This document shows positions 48,185 through 55,452 of a DNA stretch of 64,000 nt, in pieces. Origin of the DNA: a virus. The notes below the pieces were generated by a model. It was given only the letters and a program-made list of their open reading frames with translations. It made no database searches and was not told the origin of the DNA. How positions within the stretch are numbered: the stretch's first letter is position 1; every line of letters starts with the position of its first letter. The DNA lies in IMG/VR virus record IMGVR_UViG_3300025411_000008, positions 67,917 to 131,916 of that record; one strand, given 5' to 3'. Made by a program: the position numbers and the translations under genes.

Positions 48185-48248
48185 TATGCATTACTGGTAT
48201 GAGTTCCACCAGACCCAACGGGCTCACCCAAATAGTAAGGAGACTACA

Positions 48249-48419
48249 ATGTGGATTTCATCAGACACACCAGAGCCAGAAATTGACCCTGAGTTTGCGG
48301 AAGTAATGAAGCAATTCCTTTTGGAAGGAGAGGCTTCAGGCAAGTTCAAGGTGCTTCGTGGTAAGGAGGCAGAGGAAGCTCTGCGTCATGCCCCTCGTCG
48401 TGGTTGCATCGGTTACTAG
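48249..48419 (+). CDS. small hypothetical protein
   Basis: Start placed at MWISSD after AAGGAG. Confidence 0.6.
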   Translation: MWISSDTPEPEIDPEFAEVMKQFLLEGEASGKFKVLRGKEAEEALRHAPRRGCIGY

Positions 48420-48423
48420 ACCG

Positions 48424-48702
48424 ATGAGCCAAGACGGGTACGTCAGAGACGGTAGTCGTAAGTGGGACAACCCTGCTTACAACTGGTACAACCATTGGGA
48501 TTTGCGTCAAAAGCGTGGGACAGGTTTGCACCCTGACCCATTGAACACGGTTTCAGGTTGGTGGTGTTGTTCAAGATGTTCATTAAGCATGGGCAAAACG
48601 AGGCGCAAGCAAGCGAAGTCGTTTGCACATCGTTGGGAGCGTCGTACTTACAAGTACAAGATCCAATCCATCTTGCAGGAAGAATTGCAAGAGACCTTCT
48701 AA
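48424..48702 (+). CDS. basic hypothetical protein
   Basis: Start placed at MSQDGY; CCSRC. Confidence 0.5.
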   Translation: MSQDGYVRDGSRKWDNPAYNWYNHWDLRQKRGTGLHPDPLNTVSGWWCCSRCSLSMGKTRRKQAKSFAHRWERRTYKYKIQSILQEELQETF

Positions 48703-48858
48703 GTATTAACGGGCACCGAGTGGCAGTAACTATAAGTTATTGTCACTCGGTTGCTGCGAGAGATATCCAAGTCAGACGACGGGTTTGGGTATCTCTCGGA
48801 GTAATCTTATCCCGTTACTCTGTAGTAAATAGTAGGGACAACTAGTAGGAGAATCACA

Positions 48859-49365
48859 ATGGACCACGTCAAGATGAGTCAGATCATCCGTTCAATCGCA
48901 GGCGTAAGCCTGGATGAATTGTTCCTCGACGCAACCGGAAGTCACCCGACTGTTCAACAGTTGGCTGACGTCTCCGAGTTCATCGAGAACAAGTACGGTG
49001 TGACGAACACGGTGGAAGCAGAGGCAGAGGTCGAAGAGACAACTGCACCTGTCGCTACCATCGTTAAGCCAAAGGTAACTCGCAGCTACACCAAGCGCAA
49101 GCAGACGCGTAGCAAGCCCACATTCGTTGTGGACTGGCAGGATCCTCAGGTTCAGATGTTCGTTGACCTGGCACTCGACGGTGAAGAGAACACGTTCACG
49201 TTCGCTGAGTTGAACAGCATCATGCCTTTCAACCGCGTGAGCTTCAACGTGTTCACTTCGTACCTTCGCAAGAAGGCCATCCGTCGTGGCTACAAAGGCC
49301 TGATCACCAAGCGTAACCTTGCCAGCCGCACGGTTACAGTTCAGGCCAAGCGCACCAACGCTTAA
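48859..49365 (+). CDS. hypothetical protein (possibly DNA-binding)
   Basis: 168 aa, AGGAG RBS, basic C-terminal domain. Confidence 0.65.
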   Translation: MDHVKMSQIIRSIAGVSLDELFLDATGSHPTVQQLADVSEFIENKYGVTNTVEAEAEVEETTAPVATIVKPKVTRSYTKRKQTRSKPTFVVDWQDPQVQMFVDLALDGEENTFTFAELNSIMPFNRVSFNVFTSYLRKKAIRRGYKGLITKRNLASRTVTVQAKRTNA

Positions 49366-49371
49366 TTTGGT

Positions 49372-49442
49372 TCTGCAGTAGCTCAATGGCAGAGCACTAC
49401 ACCCATGGTGTAGGGGTGGAGGTTCGATCCCTCCCTGCAGTA
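49372..49442 (+). ncRNA. tRNA-Met(CAT)-like element, probably non-decoding
   Basis: Cloverleaf with a U1/U72 mismatch; anticodon loop CC-CAT-GG lacks U33 and can close to a 3-nt loop. Confidence 0.72.
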
Positions 49443-49507
49443 CGGTAACACACCACCCCGGTGTGTACCCGGTGTCACCAAGCACCGTAACTAGAAGGAA
49501 ACCTATT

Positions 49508-50254
49508 ATGAGCGAAGCTTTTTACGAAGGCATTCCCGTCCCCCAGTGCTTCATTGACCTGGAGGATGTCATCGCTGCAGGTGTGAAGAAGGTCATCTTG
49601 TACGGCCCCCCCGGGACCGGCAAGACCTACTCAGCTCTCACGCTCGGTGTCACTGACACTGGGTCTGAGCGCCTCATCTGCTCCGAGGACATGACGACTG
49701 GTGACATCGTGGGTGCTATGTTGCCCACGCCCACCGGCGGCTTTGGATACGTCGAAGGCGCTTTGGTTCGCGCATGGAAGTCCGGTGCTCGTGCAGTTAT
49801 TGACGAGATCAACCGTGCTTCCGGTGACGTTGAGTCAACGCTGATGGCGTTCCTTGACAGTGCGGAGTCTGCGGTCTGGAAGAACCCTTACACTGACGAA
49901 GTAATTCGTCCGTCTGAGAACTTCTCGGCCATCATGACCACCAACTTCGAGGACCCGAACATGATCGCTGCTCCACTGCGTGACCGTTTCCCGGTTGCAA
50001 TCAAGATCGACGCTGCCCACCCGGCTGCGTTGGTTGCTGCATTGCCACCAGAGTTGCGCATGCTTGCCGCTGCTATTGTAGCAGGTAAGCCTGGAGAGCG
50101 TGCGTCGCTGCGTGCTTGGAAGGAGTTCCAGACTCTTCGTCAGAGTCCGGCATTCACTACCGAGCGCGCTGCCAAGCTTATCTTCGGTAAGCTTGCTGAC
50201 GAGATCATCAACGTGATCCAGCTCGGCTCGTTGAGCACGACGGCTTCACTGTAA
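49508..50254 (+). CDS. MoxR/CbbQ/CobS-like AAA+ ATPase
   Basis: Walker A GPPGTGKT, Walker B VIDEINRA, TTN sensor, LRDRF arginine finger, SLR. Confidence 0.88.
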   Translation: MSEAFYEGIPVPQCFIDLEDVIAAGVKKVILYGPPGTGKTYSALTLGVTDTGSERLICSEDMTTGDIVGAMLPTPTGGFGYVEGALVRAWKSGARAVIDEINRASGDVESTLMAFLDSAESAVWKNPYTDEVIRPSENFSAIMTTNFEDPNMIAAPLRDRFPVAIKIDAAHPAALVAALPPELRMLAAAIVAGKPGERASLRAWKEFQTLRQSPAFTTERAAKLIFGKLADEIINVIQLGSLSTTASL

Positions 50255-51744
50255 TGAGTGAAGACTTCGTTATCGACGGTGACCCGGTAAAGCCGCTAGT
50301 CGGTGCCATCACCTCATTCCGTGACGATGTCACGGACCCGATCGACTGGGATGTACAACAGACGGTCGGTGAGTATGGCGCAGGCGTAGACTTCGCTGCT
50401 GGTGTACTGGCTGTTCCCCTCTCGGGGGACAGCTGGTCCCAGCAGTTGAAGATGCGCACGCTTATCGAAGCTCGCATCTCTCCTCTTGACGACGGTGTGT
50501 ACGAGGCTATGGCTAAGGCATACGCTCGGGACGGTATCACTGACGCCGTGCTGCGTGTGGCTGAGCAAGCCCGTGTCAATGCTGTCGCTAAGCCATTCTT
50601 GGAAGCTCGGGGCGTTGATGTTAACGACATCCAGGGCAACGAGAAGAAGCGTGGTGTCATGCTTGCTACCGGCAAGACCATGGCTCACTGGGACGAGGCA
50701 GTTGCTTTCACTGCTCAGCATCACGGTACCAAATCGTTTGACTCGTTTGCGAGCGGCGTTCGGTCTGTGAACCCTGAGTGGTCTGAGCGACTGCGCAAGC
50801 TCGCTAAGCGTCTCGACAAGACGTTCACTGGCACACCCGATCGACTCGGTGACACGAGGCCGTATCACTATACGGATGACGTCACTGGTCCTTACGGGTT
50901 CAATCACACTGTCCGTGCTGCTCAGGAAATTGCTGAGTATGCATCGGGCGGTATGAAAGCGCCAGAGACAGTCAAGCGCGAGCGCGAGGCACGTGAGGAC
51001 AAGCGTGCTGAAGAGTACGGGGACGAGAAGCCTGACGAGAAGGGTAGGTTGTCACCAGACGATTCTCCTCTCGAGGACGAGTTGCCTGACGACTTCGAGT
51101 TTCCCACAGATGAACGTGGGCAATTCGCTGCGTTGAGCATCGACGAGTCATTAGTTCTCTCCGTTGAGGTTGAGGGTTACATGAAGCGTCGACGCAAGCC
51201 AGCGCAGTTCGGTCGTAGCATTGGCAACATTGCTCGTCTGTACACTGACCCGGAGCGCCGTATCTTCACCCACAAGGTGAAGGTCAAGGGTGGCATCGTA
51301 GTCATTGACATCTCAGGTTCCATGAGCTTGAGTCAGTCTGACATCGAGTCCATCGTTGAGGCAGCACCTGCTGCTGTCATCATGGCGTACAGCCACAGCG
51401 TACACGAAGAGCACAATGCTTGGGTGTTTGCACGCCGTGGCTGGCGTGTAGCTGACATTCCACGTGTCGGTGGTGCTGGCAACGGTGTCGACGGTCCTGC
51501 TCTTACGTGGGCTATCCAGCAGCGTGCTCCAGGTGAGGACATCATCTGGGTATGTGACGGGTATGTCACCAGCAAGAACGACGGTCAGTCCGACGCTCTA
51601 ACCCTTCAGTGCGCACAGCTTGTCAAGAAGCACCGGATCATCATGATCGAGAGTGTTGAAGACGCAGTCAAGCAGTTCAAATCAGGTAAGTTTATCAACA
51701 AGCCTGCTGGTCCTGTTCGTCAAGCGTTGCTTGGCAAGCTCTAG
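50254..51744 (+). CDS. VWA (MIDAS) domain protein, partner of the AAA ATPase
   Basis: VVIDISGSMS MIDAS and WVCDG; translationally coupled to the AAA gene. Confidence 0.8.
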   Translation: MSEDFVIDGDPVKPLVGAITSFRDDVTDPIDWDVQQTVGEYGAGVDFAAGVLAVPLSGDSWSQQLKMRTLIEARISPLDDGVYEAMAKAYARDGITDAVLRVAEQARVNAVAKPFLEARGVDVNDIQGNEKKRGVMLATGKTMAHWDEAVAFTAQHHGTKSFDSFASGVRSVNPEWSERLRKLAKRLDKTFTGTPDRLGDTRPYHYTDDVTGPYGFNHTVRAAQEIAEYASGGMKAPETVKREREAREDKRAEEYGDEKPDEKGRLSPDDSPLEDELPDDFEFPTDERGQFAALSIDESLVLSVEVEGYMKRRRKPAQFGRSIGNIARLYTDPERRIFTHKVKVKGGIVVIDISGSMSLSQSDIESIVEAAPAAVIMAYSHSVHEEHNAWVFARRGWRVADIPRVGGAGNGVDGPALTWAIQQRAPGEDIIWVCDGYVTSKNDGQSDALTLQCAQLVKKHRIIMIESVEDAVKQFKSGKFINKPAGPVRQALLGKL

Positions 51745-51883
51745 CCACGAGTTCCTTGAGTAACTAATCACTCAAACAACTCGGGTGTATCCTTTCGGGT
51801 ACACCTGAGTACCATGTTACATCACACAACGTGATGTACAGTGTGCCCACCGAGGCACTGTCTAAGCAATAAGGAGTACCACT

Positions 51884-52243
51884 ATGGAAGAGTTCAATCT
51901 CGACTTGACCCTTGACGAGGCAGCGGAGGCACGTATTGCTCACGCTGAGTTCCTCACTGGCATCAAGGACTGGGCGTTGCGACTGGGTGAGCTGATTCAG
52001 CCTTACACCCACATCGCCAACATCCTGCTCCAGGACGAAGTCTCGGAGTCTGACGTTGAGAAGTTGTCGATCGTGTTCCCGCTGGGCCTTCGGCTCACCA
52101 TTGAGCACATCAACAACTTCTATGATGTCATCCAGACTGAGGCCAAGAAAGTCTTGGGTTCACCATTTGCACTGCACGAGGAGCACTCGCCGCACTGCGA
52201 TGGCACCCGTGATGCTTGCGGCCACCAGGAACACTGGGCTTAA
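51884..52243 (+). CDS. hypothetical protein
   Basis: 119 aa, AAGGAG RBS. Confidence 0.7.
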   Translation: MEEFNLDLTLDEAAEARIAHAEFLTGIKDWALRLGELIQPYTHIANILLQDEVSESDVEKLSIVFPLGLRLTIEHINNFYDVIQTEAKKVLGSPFALHEEHSPHCDGTRDACGHQEHWA

Positions 52244-52252
52244 GGAGAGAAG

Positions 52253-52558
52253 ATGATCAAGACTGAAGTTCAAGAGCATGCTGAAGGTCTGCGGTCCCGT
52301 ATCAATGAGGCCACAGACCTTGACTCGCTCAAGGAATACAGCCTCAAGATCGTAGACCTTCTCACCAAGATTGACCAGTTGGTTGGTCTTGGTGAGGAGC
52401 GTTGGGTCTTGGCTGACTGTAAGTTAGAAGCTGTAACTACGGTCGCCAATGGTCTCATTGAGCTGCTTGAAGCCATTGAGGAATCGTCTACGATTCTAAA
52501 CAATGTCTCTTCTTACAGCGCAGCTATCGCAGCTGCTCGAGACATCATCGAGGCCTAG
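52253..52558 (+). CDS. hypothetical protein
   Basis: 101 aa, AAGGAG RBS. Confidence 0.7.
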   Translation: MIKTEVQEHAEGLRSRINEATDLDSLKEYSLKIVDLLTKIDQLVGLGEERWVLADCKLEAVTTVANGLIELLEAIEESSTILNNVSSYSAAIAAARDIIEA

Positions 52559-52559
52559 T

Positions 52560-53766
52560 TGTAACCTCCCTCGGCTAATTGGGGGAGCCTTAGCTCTTGC
52601 GAACTAACTCCACGCATTTACACACACAGTGTGTATTTGACGTGGGGTTGGTTGGCAGACGATGTGGAGGGTTATCGTTAAAACCCTAGCCTGGGCTATG
52701 CCGTTGAGGAGGAGATGGCGGTTGCATACTATGGCTTGTCCTGGAAAAGATATGGAAGCTGGTAGATGGTTAAACTATCTATAAAGCCCTCAGCATAAGG
52801 GGAAGCTTATGTAGGAAAATCAAGGCGCCTTAAAGGCCTATCGCAGAGGAGCGGAGAATCCATACTTGTTGGTAGATAGACATAGGAACCATCGTGCAAG
52901 CGAGCGCGTGTACAGGTGAAGACGCTCAAGCCTATGCATGCTTCGTTGTGTGCATAGGCCCTGTTGTGTTTACAGTGACCAGAGATGCAGGCGTGCAGTT
53001 TTATACGCAACGCACAGGAGTCGAGTTAAACACAATCTCAGCATGAGGGGAAGCTCATGTAGGAGCGGAGGCTCTCCTTAAACCTGCACACTTAAATCCC
53101 GGCCACCGATGTAAAACGTGGTAGCTGCGCTAGCTTAACTGGCGATCCCGTACATGCTTCATTGTGTGTACGGGAGCAACTCACGGCGAGTATACCAGAC
53201 CCAGCTGGCAACCTGTAAAGGCCATCTCACCATACGGGGAAGCGTATGGAGGCAATCAGAAGCCTACTTAATAGACGGGAAGCTACTGCCAGAGTGTAGC
53301 CGGTGCAATCCGTTAGCTTGCTAATACTTCCTAGTTGGTATGATACAAAGGAACTAGGGTGGTCCTGGGTATGACCACTGGAAAACTGCCCTCTTTCTCT
53401 TCAACCACGATGCACCGGCATATGAGCCTTATGAGATCGTTGGTTGATAGACTCGGCATGAGGAGCAACTCATGTAGGTTGGCCTACTACCTGTGTGTTA
53501 CACGAGTGTATGGCGTCCTGGGTATGACGATAAACTGCCTCCTTTCTTGTGTTCACATGGACAGCATATGCGCGATGAGATGCGAACACGGACTCAACAT
53601 AAGGAGCAGCTTATGTAGGAAGTGGTAGATGCCTACTTAAAAAATACACGTTACCCAGAACGATACTTTGGTAGCTTCTTAGTTGGTAGTTGGAACTATG
53701 GTGCTAGTAAGCGCGAGTACTGGTGAAGACGCTTAACACCTGGGCATGTGTATAAAAGGCCTACTA
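52560..53766 (+). ncRNA. putative large modular ncRNA (~1.2 kb)
   Basis: No credible ORF in an otherwise gene-dense region; five classes of repeated hairpin/pseudoknot modules with compensatory changes and G-U pairs on the + strand. Confidence 0.72.
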
Positions 53767-53900
53767 GGGTGTGTAGTTTAAGCTGGAAAAACCCTTAGTA
53801 GCTGTGACATCCAACTATCTAAATATAGAAAATTGTTGGTTAGCACTCAGAACTTACGTCACGGTTAAAGGGAATGGTGGTTCGAACCCACCCACACCCA
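53767..53900 (+). ncRNA. tRNA-like element with ~60-nt expansion of the anticodon arm
   Basis: Acceptor GGGTGTG/CACACCC-A, D stem GTTT/AAAC, T arm GGTGG-TTCGAAC-CCACC, extended stem TAGCTGTGAC/GTCACGGTTA. Confidence 0.8.
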
Positions 53901-53929
53901 CGCAGTACCAAACCAACTAGTAAGGAGAT

Positions 53930-54163
53930 ATGATGGAAATCAAGGTAGAACAGCAGGGACCTGAGCTTCGTATGCAAGTCATCTTTGATGAGCCTGCGCA
54001 GTCGGAAGTCTTTCGTGAAGAGTTCGAATCAATGATGGAGCGCATCGCCAAGCGTCTTGACGCAGTGGTACTCGGTGCAGAAACCGATGGTTCAATCTCT
54101 AAGGAAGAGATCCGTAAGCAGTTTGCAGAGACTGTTAACAAGTTCGTTAGCAAGGAGGAGTAA
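53930..54163 (+). CDS. hypothetical protein
   Basis: 77 aa, AAGGAG RBS. Confidence 0.7.
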   Translation: MMEIKVEQQGPELRMQVIFDEPAQSEVFREEFESMMERIAKRLDAVVLGAETDGSISKEEIRKQFAETVNKFVSKEE

Positions 54164-54579
54164 TGATTGCACGTGAACTAAGGTGGTCTCGCAGGAATGA
54201 CGATGATGATATCATCTGGACTGCGAAGACTTATCCTAATCACGGGTATTGGCATCACAACGTAGACCTGTCTTTTACTTTGGAGTCAGGTAGGCGTTAT
54301 GCCATCACCAACCGCAATGCTGTCCTCACTGTGCGTAAGCGCGAAGAGGGCAAGAAGGTTGCCACAAAGGTTCTGTTACAGAAAGAGTTTGATAATTCTT
54401 ATGTTGCTAAGAACCTGATTGACTCACTTCTGTATTCAGCTCGTATGTTGTACGAGAAGTTACCACACATGGCAGAACAGTGGTTCTTAGAGCAGCTGAC
54501 TAACATGCCTGATGCTGATGAACCAGAGCAACCCGATGTTCATACTAAGGTTCATTACCCAAGAGGGTATCCCTGCTGA
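54163..54579 (+). CDS. hypothetical protein
   Basis: 138 aa, TAATG coupling. Confidence 0.7.
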   Translation: MIARELRWSRRNDDDDIIWTAKTYPNHGYWHHNVDLSFTLESGRRYAITNRNAVLTVRKREEGKKVATKVLLQKEFDNSYVAKNLIDSLLYSARMLYEKLPHMAEQWFLEQLTNMPDADEPEQPDVHTKVHYPRGYPC

Positions 54580-54694
54580 TTAGGCATTCTAATCACAATA
54601 GTTGTGTAACGTAAGTTACACAGCTATACTATGTGTAAGTAGCACAGAAGGCAGCCATGCCTACAAAATGGCAATCTAACAAGGAGTATATACT

Positions 54695-55057
54695 ATGACT
54701 GCAATGTCAGATGAAATTAAGCTTGCAATCCTTCAGGACCAGCTTAAGAACATTACAATGGGCGTGAAGATGATGATCACCATCCAAGCGACCTTTGAGG
54801 CACAGCGTCAGTACATGGCTGGTATCTTGCCAGATGAACTCAAGAATGTCCCAGAGACAGATGACTTCAAGAACATGTACATGGCTGCAAGTGAGGCATA
54901 CAACGAAGTAGTCCGTAACATGACTATCTTTGTTGACAACATGACTCAGGTGTTTGATTACAGTTTTGCTGACACCCTGCCAACAGACAAGGAAGGCTTC
55001 CAGAAGATGGCTGAAGAATTGTCTGAGCAGGTTGACAAGTACAACGAAATCAACTGA
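54695..55057 (+). CDS. hypothetical protein
   Basis: 120 aa, AAGGAG RBS. Confidence 0.7.
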   Translation: MTAMSDEIKLAILQDQLKNITMGVKMMITIQATFEAQRQYMAGILPDELKNVPETDDFKNMYMAASEAYNEVVRNMTIFVDNMTQVFDYSFADTLPTDKEGFQKMAEELSEQVDKYNEIN

Positions 55058-55058
55058 C

Positions 55059-55226
55059 ATGGATATCTTCAGTAAGGTAATAGCTTACGAGCAAGATGAG
55101 CTCAACGAAGAAGAAACCGTTGAGTTGTTCCAAGAGCTTATCGACAATGGTATGGCCTGGAGTCTTCAGGGCCACTACGGTCGTACAGCCACGAACCTCA
55201 TCGAGAATGGGTTGTGCCATGCCTGA
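55059..55226 (+). CDS. small phage protein (LFQELID.G.AWSLQGHYGRTA motif)
   Basis: Start placed at MDIFSK; motif recalled from phage early proteins. Confidence 0.65.
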   Translation: MDIFSKVIAYEQDELNEEETVELFQELIDNGMAWSLQGHYGRTATNLIENGLCHA

Positions 55227-55356
55227 TACAATTCCACGTCAGGAAGTAATCGAGATGTTAACTCATATCGAGATGCTTCTGCTTGCAATGCAAGACCAGG
55301 AAGCATGGTCGTATACTCACATTCTTTGTAAGGCAATCAAAGACGGTGAGTATTAA
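55219..55356 (+). CDS. small hypothetical protein
   Basis: Start placed at MPDTIP, overlapping the upstream stop. Confidence 0.5.
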   Translation: MPDTIPRQEVIEMLTHIEMLLLAMQDQEAWSYTHILCKAIKDGEY

Positions 55357-55367
55357 GTAGTAAGGTA

Positions 55368-55429
55368 GCTTCAGTTTGGTAACGAAGTTCAACAGTTCGA
55401 TTCTGTTGTGGAGCACTCCCAAGTAGGGA
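55368..55429 (+). ncRNA. mini tRNA mimic 1 (acceptor stem + T arm) with trailing hairpin
   Basis: GCTTCA/TGGAGC, CAACAG-TTCGATT-CTGTTG, then TCCC-AAGTA-GGGA. Confidence 0.65.
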
Positions 55430-55452
55430 AACAAATAGTAGGAAGGTATAGT

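Noticed and set aside
53457-53476. Resemblance of CATGAGGAGCAACTCATGT to the MS2 coat operator
   Set aside because: It lacks the bulged-A/ANYA-loop architecture and the other copies diverge; likely coincidence.
52789-53620. Module A repeats as a CRISPR array
   Set aside because: The repeats are degenerate with compensatory changes, spacing is 141-248 nt and irregular, the intervening sequence is itself structured and repeated, and no cas genes are seen.
52807-53628. ORFs 52807-53010 (-) and 53359-53628 (+)
   Set aside because: No RBS, non-ATG starts and atypical composition; they overlap covarying RNA modules.
53767-53900. tmRNA
   Set aside because: It has a real D stem, no G3-U70 and no tag reading frame, and it is far too short.
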